Below, in pieces: positions 14,536-29,160 of a stretch of DNA of 64,000 nt. Numbering within the stretch: the stretch's first letter is position 1; the number at the start of each line of letters is the position of its first letter. The translations under genes and the position numbers were made by a program. The DNA lies in NCBI GenBank assembly GCA_951406725.2, contig OX597833.1, positions 60,512,001 to 60,576,000 on the forward strand, given 5' to 3'. The notes under the pieces were generated by a model. That model saw only the letters and a program-made list of their open reading frames with translations. It did not search any database and was not told the origin of the DNA. This DNA comes from Octopus vulgaris (taxonomy: Eukaryota).

Positions 14536-15437
14536 TGTACATACATACATACCCGTATTTCGTCTGCCGTTACGTTCTGAGTTCAAATTCCGCCGAGGTT
14601 GACTTTGCCTTTCATCCTTTCGGGGTCGATAAATTAAGTACCAGTTACGCACTGGGGTCGATATAATCGACTGAATACCTTTGTCTGTCCTTGTTTGTCC
14701 CCTCTGTGTTTAGCCCCTTGTGGGTAGTAAAGAAATATATATATGTATACATATATATGTATATGTATGTATGTATATAAATATACATCTATATATGAGG
14801 AAGATACCTATGGCTCTGGATGATTGTATGTGTGTGTGTGTGTGTTTTAGTGGCAATGGTTGTGGTGGGCGCATTGTAGTAAGACCAACCACTCCTCCTC
14901 ATAAACGTTGAACCCATTGTTGTTGTTCCTTTTACTCTGTCTGTCTTTTGCTTTGATCCACCCACGAAAAGAGAGAAGGAAAAAAACACAAAGAGAGAGA
15001 GAGAGAGAGAGAGAGAAAGAAAGTGAGACAGAGAGAGGAAAAGAGGGTGTAGATGGAGCCAGCATTTGAGGTGTCGATACGATGAGTGGTTGAACAGTTG
15101 ATAGTTGTTGTGTAGGTGGACACAGTTTCACATATGTGTATATGGTGTGTATGTGTGTCTGTCACCACATGTATTCAATCGTGTGTACGCATGTGTGCGT
15201 GTCTGTAGCAACATGTATTCGTCCATGTGTGTTTGTATCTGGTGTCCCAACACAATCACAGTCCACAAGAGTGGCGCAGGAGTGGCTGTGTGGTAAGTAG
15301 CTTGCTAACCAACCACATGGTTCCGGGTTCAGTCCCACTGCCTGGCATCTTGGGCAAGTGTCTTCTTCTATAGCCCCAGGCCGACCAATGCCTTGTGAGT
15401 GGACTTGGTAGATGGAAACTGAAAGAAGCCTGTCGTA

Positions 15438-15494
<57 letters not shown>

Positions 15495-16732
15495 ATGTGT
15501 TTGTGTGTCTGTGTTTGTCTCCCTAGCATTGCTTGACAACCGATGCTGGTGTGTTTACGTCCCCGTAACTTAGCGGTTCGGCAAAAGAGACCGATAGAAT
15601 AAGTACTGGGCTTACAAATAATAAGTCCCAGGGTTGATTTGCTCGACTAAAGGCGGTGCTCCAGCATGGCCGCAGTCAAATGACTGAAACCAGTAAAAGA
15701 GTAAAGAGAGTAAGACAATATAGGAAGAATATGTTGATGTATACTCGAGTGTTGAAACAGATATTGTTATATTTGGATGAGGGTCAGTTTGCCAATAAAC
15801 TCACACACTATTTATTTGATCTTCACTTTAGACTAGGGAGAAGAGGAGAGAGGAAAAACAGTCATTGAAAGAGGTGACAAAAAAATCTGACAAATAAACT
15901 GCTAATAATAAATATAAAATTGGAACATTATATTACTCTTTTACTCTTTTACTCTTTTACTTGTTTCAGTCATTTGACTGTGGCCATGCTGGAGCACCGC
16001 CTTTAATCGAGCAACTCGAACCCGGGACTTATTTTTTTGTAAGCCCAGTACTTATTCTATCGATCTCTTTTGCCGAACCGCTAAGCAACGGGGACATAAA
16101 TACACCAGCATCGGTTGTCAAACAATGCTAGGGGGACAAACACACATATATATATATACATATATACAATAGGCTTCTTTCAGTTTCCGTCTACCAAATC
16201 CACTCACAAGGCTTTGGTCGGCCCGAGGCTATAGTACAAGACACTTGCCCAAGGTGTCACGCAGTGGGACTGAACCCGGAACCATGTGGTTGGTAAACAA
16301 GCTACTTACCACACAGCCACTCCTACGCCTATTATATTATTCAAAATGTATAGTATTAAATATCCATTACAGCTTATCTTACTAATTGATTTCATGTAAA
16401 GAATACAATGGAGTGTTAGGTAACAAACCGATTATACAACTTTACACTCATCAGAGTAATCAGATATGGAGGGGAATATGGTGACTGCTCTCAATTGTTG
16501 GAGGTGGATTAGTACAACTGGTCAGTGGCTGCTGTGAAAATTCTGTTGTATTGTGCAGAACTTCTTGGTCCTCTGTCATCTCCTTTGTAAGGTTCAGCAT
16601 TTTGAGACTGGTCTTCAATACTTTGTCTCATATCTTCCTTGGTCTTTTTCTTTCACAACTTTGAGTGATTGGCACTTCTTTATACAACTGTCTTCATCGA
16701 TCGGGAACATCCCTCCATACATATCTATCTAC

Positions 16733-16803
<71 letters not shown>

Positions 16804-16898
16804 CCTATCTATCTATCTATCTATCTACCTATCTATCTATCTATCTTTCTATCTATCTCTATCTATCTATCTATCTTATCTATCTATCTATCTATCTA

Positions 16899-16941
<43 letters not shown>

Positions 16942-18044
16942 ATCTATCTATCTATCTATATATATTTTATATATATTACATATCTATCTATCTATATATA
17001 TATATATCTACCTATCTATCTATCTATCTAATATATCTATCTATCTATGAGTAAAGGCATTATCTATCTATCTATCTATCTGACATAGTATCTATCTATC
17101 TAATCTATCATTATCTATCTATCTATCTATCTATCTATCATGGTACAATAAAGGAAGGTAAACAGAACAAAATAAAACAAAATATATATATATATTATAT
17201 ATATATATATATATCGATCCATCCATCCATCTATCAAGTACAAGACTTACAAGAATGAGTCCTGGGATCAATTTCTTTGACTAAAACGGTGGTGCTTCAG
17301 CATAGCCACAGTCAAAGGACTGAAACAAGTGAAAGAATAAAAGAATGTGTGTGAGTGTGTGTAAGTGGTTGTGTTTGTGTGTGTGCGTGTCTGTGTGTGT
17401 ATACGAGCGGTACAGAAAAGTTCCTGAATACAAGAGGAGCAGTTAACTATGATTTTATTCAACTCTCAGATTCGCACACTTATGCAAACCACAGAACATA
17501 CTTTAATCAATGAAACATATTTATATATATCTTAGCTTAGATTTTCTTGGGGCAGGCAAGAGTGGAGCAGCCTTGAGTGTAACCAGCTGAAACTATAAAG
17601 ATGATCTGGAACTCAACTGAGGATAGGAAATTCCAAATGACCCATCCTTGTTTTTTCCTGTCCTTTTTTGTATTGTCTAACTGTCCAGATGTTTTGTTGT
17701 CGCCTGGTAAGTAGTTTGCTTAACAACCACATGGTTCCAGGTTCAGTCCCACTGCGTGGCAACTTGGGCAAGTGTCTTCTACTATAGCCTCGGGCCGACC
17801 AAAGCCTTGTGAGTGGATCTGGATGATGGAAACTGAAAGAAGCCCGTCGTATTTATGTATATAAATATATATTATATATATGTATGTGTGACTGTGTTTG
17901 GCCCCCCAGCATCACTTGACAACCGATGCTGGTGTGTTTACGTCACCGTAACTTAGCGGTTCGGTAAAAGAGACTGATAGAATAAGTACAAGGCTTACAA
18001 AGAATAAGTCCTGGGGTCAATTTGCTCAACTAAAGGCGGTGTTC

Positions 18045-18345
18045 CACAGTCTTCTCTCTTGCACACTGCACCTAATTCCTCTTATGCCCAACTTCTCTCT
18101 CAATACACCAGCACCCTGTCAAACACATACACTTATATTACACATCCAGCAAAGCATACTGGCCTCATTCCTTTCTAGCCTTTGCATGTCCACTGCATTT
18201 AGTCCCCATGTCTCACTGCTATGTAGAATTGCTGTTCATATACACACATTATACAATCTTCCTTTTGCTCAGAGAGAGAAACCTTTGGTTGCCAACAGAG
18301 ATAAAAGCTCTCCAAATTTTCTCCATCCTATTCTTATTCTAGACG
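18045..18345 (-). mobile_element. RTE LINE internal fragment
   Basis: Degenerate minus-strand translation RIRIGWRKFGELLSLLATKGFSL...SSETWGLNAVDMQRLERNEASMLCWMCN...LREKLGIRGIRCSVQERR. Confidence 0.75.
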
Positions 18346-18742
18346 CTCGACCTTTATTCTCTAGAAAAACGCCGCCGCCGTGGTAATCTCATTCTTGCTC
18401 ACAACATCATAAGCGGAAAGTGTAACCTCTCGAAAGAGCTGTTCTTCACTCCTGCTCCAGAGCGTCGGCTGCAGGGTCATTCCGAAAAGCTCTACCTGTG
18501 ATGATTTCATCTCAATCGAAGAGGAGGAGCTTTCTCCGTCCAGGTTGCGAATCCGTGGAACAAGCTGCCAGACGAGATGGTGAAGATGCCGACGACCGCT
18601 TTGTTCAAAGTCTCCCTTGACCTCAAGTGGCCTGAACTCTTTACATGAACACCACCCTGTACTTAACTCCATGTCCCCCTACATGGCCTTGCTTTTTGCT
18701 TTTGAGCCAAAAAATTAACTAACTAACTAACTTAACTAACTA
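18345..18742 (+). mobile_element. CR1-group LINE 3' end; second copy at 61135-61410
   Basis: LYSLEKRRRRGNLILAHNIISG...GHSEKL...AFSVQVANPWNKLPDEMV followed by a (TAAC)n tail; closely similar copy near 61.2 kb. Confidence 0.85.
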
Positions 18743-21517
18743 GTGATATGAAATAAATCACATTTGTTCATGAAAACATTCATAACATCGATTTGATTTC
18801 TCTTTTCCTCGATTAAAACTTTTGCTACTCACTCTATGAGGATTATAATAAACCTATTTGATACACATGCCTTGGATTGACAAAGTGCTTTAGTAACCCT
18901 TGAACATTCACATTATTCTGTCAAACACGATGGGCGACTGCTGGTCTTCCATAAACAACCTTGCCCGGACTTGTGCCTGGGAGTGTAACTTTCTAGGTGC
19001 AATCCCATGGTCAGTCATGACCGAAGGGGGTCTCAGCAATACTTATTTATTCACATTATTTCGAATTAATCATGTATTATCTGATAACTTTGATATTTTG
19101 ATGAGGTAAGTGTTAATATTTGAAATGATATTGTAGGGTTGGTGTGAGAGGCCACATCTGGCCAGTTTGAACATAAAACAGATAGAATATTTTGGCCACA
19201 AGCAGGCAAATTGGCAGAAACATTTGTACTCTGGGCAAAATTCTTAGTGGTATTTCGTCTGTCTTTACGTTCTGATTTCAAATTCCACCGAGGTTGACTT
19301 TGCTTTTCATCCTTTTGGGGTCAATTAAATGAGTACCAGTTATGCACTGGGATCGATATAATAGACTTAATCCATTTGTCTGTCCTTGTTTGTCCTCTCA
19401 GTGTTTAGCCCCTTGTGGGTAGTAAAGAAATAGGTATTTCTTCTATCTTTATGTTCCGAGTTCAAATTCTGCCGAGGTCAACTTTGCCTTTCATCCTTTC
19501 GGTGTCAATAAATTAAGTACCAGTTGCATACTAGGGTCAATCTTATCGACTGCCCCACCCCCTCCCTAAAAATTTCAGGCCTTGTGCCTAGAGTAGAAAA
19601 GAATATTTTGGCCAGATATAGCCAATTTAAATGCTAAAAGGCTAATAATTGACTGAAGTATAACCAATTTTTCCATCTGCTATTCAAACACTTTGCTAAC
19701 CAGGTTCCTGCATGAAGTGCTTCTGAGGGGAATGTCTGGATTTTACTTAACCCTTCACTTACATCAATAGACACAAGTTTCTCATTATACAAGCAGCAAA
19801 CTACAACGACCAAAATGTATTCTAGTTGAAATAAGTGTTTAGTAATGGAAGGCAAGGTTTATGATACCAGAGGAATATCATCCCTTTCCATCATTCTTCT
19901 TGTTCTTCATGTAGTTCAAGCTTTCGGTAGGCGAAGAGAAAAGACTTCAAGTACATCTGCTATTTACAACTGGTTTATTTACAGGAAAGGTGAAGTGTGC
20001 TGCTCTCAGCTACCATCTTAAGCTCCGAATAGTGTGGGCACATTGCCTCTGGAGATAGACAGACAGAAAACCTCTGCCAGTGGTGGTGTTCAGCCAGTGC
20101 TGCTGTGTTATGGCACCAAAAGAGAAAAGACAGGACTGAATCGGTTTTCCATCTACATCGTTTCCATCGCGAGCCTCGTTGTGATCTCGCGCATGGCAAA
20201 ATGGATGCAGGTGGGGTCTCATTCCAGTCTGGGAGATGGCAATGACTGCCACGAGATCTCATCTAATATAGCACTGGCTGTTTGTGCTGTTACAAGTGAA
20301 ACAGAGATTAAAAAACATGGTACTTTTTGACAATTCACCTTATGAGATACATCTGGACCTATGATGCACCACAACTGTTTACACACCATCTCACCCACGA
20401 GGCACTGGTGTATGATGTGTCGAAACAACCGTAGTGAATAATAAAAAGTCTCATGAATTCTATTTTCTTTCTCTCATTTTTTTTTTCTCTCTAGTTTCAG
20501 CTCAGAGCTGCAGCCATGCTGAAGCACCACCATTGTTATATTTATATATTTGTATCTATATACAATTGCAGCATGGAAGGTGTTTATATGCCATTTAAGA
20601 AACACACAAAAACCGTTAGATTCACTTCAACATTTAAATTTAATTTGCCAAAATATTTTCATCTTTGTGTGTTTCTTAAATGGCTTATAAACACCTTCCA
20701 CGCTGCAATTGTTTTCGTTCCAGCACACGATCTCAGATCAGTCACTTGCTATGCAAGTACATCTCTGTAATATATTTCTATATTCATATATAAATATAAA
20801 TATTATATTTATCATCATCATCATCATCATTTAACATCCGCTTTCCATGCTAGCATGGGTTGGACGATTTGACTGAGGTCTGGTGAACCAAACTCCAATC
20901 TGATCTGGCAGAGTTTCTACAGCTGGATGCCCTTCCTAATGCCGACCACTCTGAGAGTGTAGTGGGTGCTTTTATGTGCCACTGGCCGAGAACCAGTTTG
21001 GTGGAACTGGTAACGGCCACGCCCAAATGGTTTTTTTTATGTGCCACCTGCACAGGAGCCAGTCCAACGGTACTGGCAACAACCTCGTTCGAATATTTCA
21101 CATGCCACCAGCACAAGTGCTAGTAAGGCAACGCGATATATTTATATATATATATACTTATCACACATACATGTGCATCCTTTTTGACCCAGAAGTATTT
21201 GTCTCGGAACAAAAGCAATTTCCTGGTATTCATTGTTATGTTGGTATCATTCCTGCTGGTCTGTCCCGCATAATGTTTTCACTTAAACTGAAGGACAAAT
21301 CACTTAACACGTGTGTGCCTTGTATATGTAATGTTGTGTTGTCTGATAAGGAGGCACAGCCATTGACTGAGGAACCAGAGGATATAATGAGGCTGGAAAG
21401 AAGTGAGATAAAAATGCTCAGGAAGATTTGGAGATTTTCATAATATCAGTGTACAAGATTTACAGAGATGTACTTGCATAGCAAGTGATTTGATCTGAGA
21501 TCAAGTGCTGAAACGAA

Positions 21518-21764
21518 AACAATTGCAGCGTGGAAGGTGTTTGTAAGCCATTTAAGAAACACGCAAAAGCCGTTCGATTCACTTCAACATTTAAGTTTAA
21601 TTTGTCAAAATATTTTCGTCGCTATAAGACCGCAACCTGTTCACTGACAAAAATCTGTGCTGCATCAAATATTTTGACAAATTAAACTTAAATGTTGAAG
21701 TGAATCGAACGGCTTTTGTGTGTTTCTTAAATGGCTTACAAACACCTTCCACGCTGCAATTGTT
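21518..21764. repeat. Inverted repeat with ~97-bp arms; same family forms a second hairpin at 20562-20712
   Basis: AACAATTGCAGCGTGGAAGGTGTTTGTAAGCC... mirrored by ...GGCTTACAAACACCTTCCACGCTGCAATTGTT. Confidence 0.9.
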
Positions 21765-22786
21765 CAGAGTACAAGAGCAATGGAGTAACGGTAAGATGAG
21801 AAAGAAAGACACAGATGTATTGTGGATAAATGGAAGACTGCATTGGTACTGAAATATTTTGGTGTGGAGAGATGGTGAAGAGTGAACTGATATCTGATGA
21901 TGTAACAGAAGGGTCCTATGTTCATATGGAAGAAAGCTAAGAAAGGCATAAAAGGCATGGCAGCGTGTTTAGAAGTCTAGTTTCCAAGTACATTGTCTCA
22001 GGTTCAGTTCCACTGCATGGCACTTTGGGCAAGTGTTTTCTACTACAGCAATCCAACAAGTGAAACAAGTAAAAAATAAAGGTACTCAATACATATATTA
22101 GAGTATATTCATTTATTCTTAGCTTACGTTTCTCTCTTGCATTACTATGAGTTTTACAGTTTTATTCTCATTTTTTGTTTCACTATGAAAAACAGTAAAC
22201 CAAAACGGTGTTGTGCTGGAGAGTAGCTCTGCTTTGAATAAATAAATAAATAAATAAATAAATATGTAGTGGTGGTGTTTTTGTTTTGTTTTGTTTTGTA
22301 TTCCCCTGTTATGTCTTGTAATTCCCAGACAGTATTTCAGAATATAATTTTTGATGTTGTGCACATTGCTGGATTCAGCGGTGCTACTTGGTGTTGAAAC
22401 TATAAGGATTTTAAATATAGCAGCTGATGATGGGATGCCTATATGGAACCAAATTAAATTATTGTTACTGTGATGTTTATCTGTTAGTTTATATCATTCT
22501 CTTTTAGGTTCATTCTTTCATGTATTTTGTGTTTTTCAACATGTTGATGTTATCCCCAATTGTAATCCTAGTTGTTTAGCATTCTACCATTTTCTGACAT
22601 GATGCTAGGGATTCAATATGCTTCTGTTGTCCTTTGTTTTATGTTAAGGTTTATAAAGGTGTTATATGCAATTAAATATATATTTAGGATCTAGTTTGTC
22701 CATCAGAAATTTTCTGGTTTACAGGATTTAATTGAGATATTAGCTAATAATTACCTTATAGCGAATTTGTGACATACATGTGCATG

Positions 22787-22830
<44 letters not shown>

Positions 22831-23073
22831 TACACACATGCTTATGTATTTTTCTATATGAACATACTCTGAAGTCACTGTCAACACTTCTTGTTAATGA
22901 ATAATAAATTTGTTTTGAGTAATCCTTCAGTTTAATGTAAAACTGTTATTATTATAACATAAAACAAACATTAAGATAAATATATATATCATTATATATA
23001 TATATATGTATAGCTATATATATACATATATATATATATAGCATGGAAAACAGACGCTAAACGATGATGATGA

Positions 23074-23136
<63 letters not shown>

Positions 23137-23147
23137 TAAATATATAC

Positions 23148-23200
<53 letters not shown>

Positions 23201-23203
23201 TAA

Positions 23204-23254
<51 letters not shown>

Positions 23255-23397
23255 TGTACATACATATATACATACATACATACATACATATATATATACA
23301 TACAAACATCTATATATATATATATATATATATATACATGCATATAGACATACATATATAGATATACATATATACATGCATACATATATATGTGTGC

Positions 23398-23438
<41 letters not shown>

Positions 23439-24461
23439 TATGTATGTGTGTGTATGTGTAAATTTGGTTATGTGGCAGAAACTTGGAATGTGAGAATTGA
23501 GGAATGGAGAGTCTAAATGAATAAACAAACAGAAGCTCCTCAGTGGTGAAGTTATGAATGAATTAATAAAGTCTGAGGTGATAAGCCTCCGGGGTGTTAA
23601 TTGCTTATCTCATCGCACAATGCATCTACACATCCTACATAATGTACAGCTCTGTGTGATGGAAGGTGGTGGGGGTGTGACTAATGATTGCCATGGATGT
23701 GTTAGTGAGAGGTGGGTGGGTGGGTGAGGGAATCGGTGGGGTGTGGTGGGGGAGGTGGGACTTTTTTAATTGAACCTGAACAAAAAATCCACTTTCAGTG
23801 AAGTTTGGTAAGAAATATTTTTTTTATCTAAATATTACGTATGTGTGTCTTTTGGGGGTGCAGTAGTGACCATCCTGCTGCTGCTGGTTCACCCCCCCCC
23901 CAGTCACTACCCACCACTAACAAACCTTTGACATCTCGACTCACTAGGAACCAACAAGAATTTGGAAGAATATGGTGGGAAATCACTTGTAGTGTGTGTA
24001 TGCATGTGTGTGTGTATGTGTTCCATCCAAGCGGGATCACTGCCAGAGCAGCTGTCTGTCTTCTGTGCTGGTGGCACATAAAAAGCACCATTTGAGCATG
24101 ATCGTTACCAGCGCCACCTTTACTGGCACATGAACAAAACATTCAAGCGAGGTTGTTGCCAGTGCCGCTGGACTGACTCCTGTGGCAGGTGTCATGTAAA
24201 AAACACCATGTCGAGCGTGGCCGTTGCCAGTACCACCAGACTGACCCTCGTGCCGGTGGCACATAAAAGCACCCACTACACTCTTGGAGTGGTTGGTGTT
24301 AGGAAGGGTATCCAGCTGCAGAAACTCTGCCAGATCAGATTGGGGCCTGGTGCAGCCATCTGGTTCGCCAGTCCTCAGTCAATATTGTCCAACCCATGCT
24401 AGCATGGAAAGCGGACGTTAAAGGATGATGATGATGATGATGTTGATGATGATGATATATG

Positions 24462-24511
<50 letters not shown>

Positions 24512-24559
24512 GGTGACTAGATGCAATTTAAAATCAAAAAGGAAAATATTCACGATCGC

Positions 24560-25430
24560 AAAAAATGACCAAGGATGCAGAGAGCACCAGTATTGCTCAA
24601 AATAAGAGTCCCTCATGAACAACCTGATCCACTATGCAGGTGACTTGGCCATATCTTACTCCACCAGATATTTGAAGCATCTTGGTTGTGATTTATGTCT
24701 TCATATCCTTAATTTCCCTGTCTTCATATCCTTAATTGCTTTATCTATCAAGTTTCTGTCAATTTGGATAACTGGCCCCTACATTAGGTAGACCCTCCTT
24801 CTTCCATGTATTCTCCATATTTAGCAATCTTTCATAGCAGCACTTCCAAGGCTCTTTCTTTGCAGAATCACTCAGTGCAAGTGAACCATCATCCATGCAA
24901 ACACACTTATCCCCTTCAACATCATGATTTTCGCTGATATACTGTCCTGCAATCCAAAATATCTCAAGCCACTGGTCCTCACACCACAGAACTTTGGTAA
25001 ATTTCTTTCTTTTTGCTTCTCCTCAAGCTAAATATACCTGTCTCTTAGCTTCCCTTCTAGCTACCCGATATGGTTCTCTGCTACTGCCACTCTTCCAGTC
25101 CTTCCAGGCCTGTTTCTTCACTCTAATAGCCCTGTCCAGTACAATGTTCCACCACCATGTCACTCTAGGTCTGGTTAGTACTTTGCACAAACCACATATT
25201 TAATCAGTGGTCCTCATTAAATTGTCCTCTATATTATAAAACCTCTGTCTTTGCCTCCTTTTTATCAAAGACTCCAATTAAAACATCTTTAAATCTCTGA
25301 CTATTTAGAGGATCCTTAAGCTTCCAAATCTTCCTTTACCAGACTGGTTTGCTTATTGGAATCCTTTTTGCAAAATGTTTAAAGTCACTAACAACTAACC
25401 TTTGTTGATGAACAAACTCTTAACCTGGGA
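24560..25430 (-). mobile_element. RTE LINE internal fragment (endonuclease-RT linker)
   Basis: Degenerate minus-strand translation KIWKLKDP...TWWWN...AIRVKKQAWKDWK...YRVARREAKRQVYLA...YERLLN. Confidence 0.7.
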
Positions 25431-26034
25431 CTCTGTTGTTCTGTTCTACTCTGTGATGCTGGCCTTGTACTAGTTCTTTTTCCAGATACCTATTGATTAG
25501 AGTAAAAAATCTATGAAGCCTCATTAATAATTATATGCAGATACTCAAACACAAATAAATCACGTTGCAGGTACGTGTGTATATATGTATGCCTGTGTGT
25601 GTATGCACTTATGTATATGTATGTGTACACATATATGTATATATATTTCTAAATATGGATGTGCACAAGTATTCTCATATAGGATAAATGACAAATTAAT
25701 TTATCTATGGGCAACGTAATTCCTTGCAAAAATCCAAGGCGAATACAAGGGAGATAACAAGATATTCTGATAAGTTACCTTCCATGATCTGTGTATTTAT
25801 TTGAAAATCTCGTTCAGTCTCATGGAACTCACGTATTCCCATCTAAAATGGAGATGAGTACCAACACTTCCATATGACACAGTTCAACAATAGTGAAGAT
25901 CTCTTCACATGAAACCATTGCTAGCTTTGTTAAGCCACAAATAAAGAATATTTACCCACCAATGCTGTGTTGAGTGGTCATTCTCAGTGTTTGGAATTAG
26001 TGTATACATCCCCCCACCCACACACACACATTAA

Positions 26035-26426
26035 TCTATATGTATAAAGCTGAAGTTGTCTGTGTATGGCAGGTTTGGTAGCCTTCAACTAGCACTATCT
26101 CCTCCGAGACCCTGCAGCGCAAGTTGACCAAAATTGAGAGTATGATAGAAGAAAGCTTGCTCTTCTTTCCGTAAAAGATAAAATTCAAATCGGACCATGT
26201 TAAGGCCAAAAATTATTTATAGCAAAAAAGTGCTTTTTTTCTATGAAAATCCCTATATTTTACGATTTTTTTTATTGCTGTGTCGCCATTTTTCGGTGTA
26301 TTTCAACCAGAAAAAATGTCCACTTAAAGAGAATAACAAGCTATATAATACAAAATTTTTACTTTTCAAAAATTCCAATTAAAAAGGGTCGAAACAAACC
26401 CAAGCAATGCCGGGCGATACTGCTAG
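26035..26426 (+). mobile_element. Complete non-autonomous Helitron
   Basis: A|TCTATAT 5' end, subterminal hairpin CCCAAGCAATGCCGGG, CTAG|T 3' end, inserted between A and T without TSD. Confidence 0.8.
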
Positions 26427-27088
26427 TATATAATTATATATGTCAGCAGCACATGCCAAAATTTAACAGCCTCCCTCCCCCCAACTCTCACAGAACACTA
26501 ATAAAAATTTATTTCAATCAGTTCATTTCGAGGATGACCAAAGGCACAAACCCTGATGAAGTGTACCGACAATACTGCAAGGTTGCGTTTACAGGACTGA
26601 GTAGTCGCTGCAACGGAAACACGTGTAGGTCATTACTTTATGCTGTACATAACTATAAAATAAATTTTGTGGATGTACAAGTCTCCATACTCTTTATTAT
26701 TAATATTATATATGCATACACACACGCACACACACACATACATACATACATACATACATACATACATACACACATACATACATACATACATATATTTACC
26801 CACTGAGATTCAGTCTGTTGAGATGTTTTGGAAGAATAGCATGTAATAACCCAACAACACTTCTTTTATATATATATATATATATATATATGACGGGCTA
26901 CTTTCAGTTCCTGTCTATCATATCCATTCAAGGCTTTGGTTGGTCCAAGGCTATAGCAGAAGACACTTGCTCACGCAGTGAGACAGAACCTGGAATCATG
27001 TGGTTGGAAAGCAAGCTTCCTACCACACAGCCACGCCTGTGCCTCTCTGTCTCTCTCTCTCTCTACATATATATGTATATATAGATAG

Positions 27089-27179
<91 letters not shown>

Positions 27180-27405
27180 TGTATATATTTGTGAGTCTGT
27201 GTTTGTCCCTCCACCATCGCTTCAGAACTGATGTTGGTGTGTTTAAGTACCTGTAGACTTAGCGGTTCAGCAAAAGAGACCAATAGAATAGGTACTAGTC
27301 TTACAAAGAATAAGTCCTGGGGTCAATCTGTTTGACTAAACGCGGTGCTCCTCAAATGACTGAAACAAGTAAAAGAATAAAAGAATATATATACATTCTT
27401 TTATA

Positions 27406-27442
<37 letters not shown>

Positions 27443-28399
27443 AAACACAACAACGTGAGGACGTGGAACAAATATAGTATTATTGGACGCTCAGGAAAGA
27501 AGGAGGGTTTAACGTTTTGAGCGGAGCTCTTCGTCGGAAACATAGGAGAAGGAAAGATCCAGAGAAGGGAAGACACAGGGAAAAAAATCGGCAACAGTAC
27601 ACACGCGGTCACATTTTGAAAGGAGAGATGGCTAGAGTGGCGAGTTTTTTTAAAAAGTAAGTGAGAAATTTTTTTAGCAGGTTGCAAGCATTGGAGGGGG
27701 GAAAAAAAGCAAGAAAACAGCAAAGATATACACTTATGCATGTATCTATGCATACATGCATGTATATATATACAAGTATGCATATATATATATATATATA
27801 CACTTATGTATCTATGCATACATGCATGTATGTATGGCTGTGTGGTAAGTAGCTTGCTAACCAACCACATGGTTCCGGGTTCAGTCCCACTGCATGGCAT
27901 CTTGGGCAAGTGTCTTCTGCTATAGCCCCAGGCCAACCAATGCCTTGTGAGTGGATTTGGTAGACGGAAACTGAAAGAAGCCCGTCGTATATATGTATAT
28001 ATATGTGTGTATGTCTGTGTGTGTGTTTGTCCCCCTAGCATTGCTTGACAACCGATGCTGGTGTATTTGCGTCCCCGTCACTTAGCGGTTCGGCAAAAAG
28101 AGACCGATAGAATAAGTACTGGGCTTACAAAGAATAAGTCCCAGGGTCGATTTGCTCGACTAAAGGCGGTGTTCCAGCATGGCCGCAGTCAAATGACTGA
28201 AACAAGTAAAAGAGTATATATACACTTATGTATCTATGCATACATGCATGTATGTATGTATGTATGTGTATACAAGTATGCATATATGCATGAGAGATAT
28301 AAATTGTCTCCCTTTATTTTACAATTAATTCTTTTCAAGAATATATTTTGAAAGAAAATACAACCTAAATGGAATTTGTGTTTTGCTGATTGCTAATCA

Positions 28400-29160
28400 G
28401 TGCTGAGGTGTAGAGGTGCTGATGAAGCATGCTAGCATGGTGCGGTGATGCAGTGTAGTGATGTAATTATGGTGTGGTGGTGTGTGATAGTGGGGTGTGG
28501 TGCAGCAGATGGTGTTGGGTGGAGCGGTAGTATGGTCATGTTGTAGTGTTGGGTCGTGTGGCGGTGTAATGTATTTTTGCGGTGAAGGGTGGTGTGGGTT
28601 GGTCTACTGTGATGTGACGGTTTGGTGGTGTACAGTTGTGTATTGAGGTGTGGTTCTGTGCAGTGGTATTGTATAGCCTATAAGTGTTGTGGTGGTAGAA
28701 GTAGTAGTGGTGGCAGAGGCAGTGGTAGTGGCAGTGGCAATGGTAGTGATGATGGTGGTGGTAGTGGTGGTGGTGGCAGAGGTTGCAGTGGTAGTGGTGG
28801 TGGTGATGGCAGAGGTTGTGGTGGCAGTGGTGGTGAATGGTTGTAGTGATGGTGCTGATAGTAGTACTGATGGTGATGGTTGTAGTGGTGGTGCTGATAG
28901 TAGTATTGGTGGTGGTGGTAGCAGTGGCAGAGGTTGCGGTGGGAGTGGTGGTGGCACGACAATGGTAGTGATGATGGTGTTGGTAGCAGTAGCGGTGGTG
29001 GTGCTGGTGTTAGTGGTGGTAGCAGTAGTGGTGGTGGTGCTGGTGTTAATGGTGGTAGCAGTGGTGGTGGTGGTGGTGGTTGTAGGGTGGCATCAGTGGT
29101 AATGGTGATGGTGATGGTGATGGTAGTGGTGGTGGTGGTGGTAGTGGTGGTGATTGACAC
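28400..29160. repeat. (GGT/GTA/GCA)n low-complexity tract
   Basis: Trinucleotide mosaic producing spurious poly-Val, Gly, Thr and Pro ORFs. Confidence 0.9.

Noticed and set aside
26243-26806. 187-aa plus-strand ORF
   Set aside because: It spans a Helitron end, a Penelope-type fragment and a microsatellite; no domain similarity.
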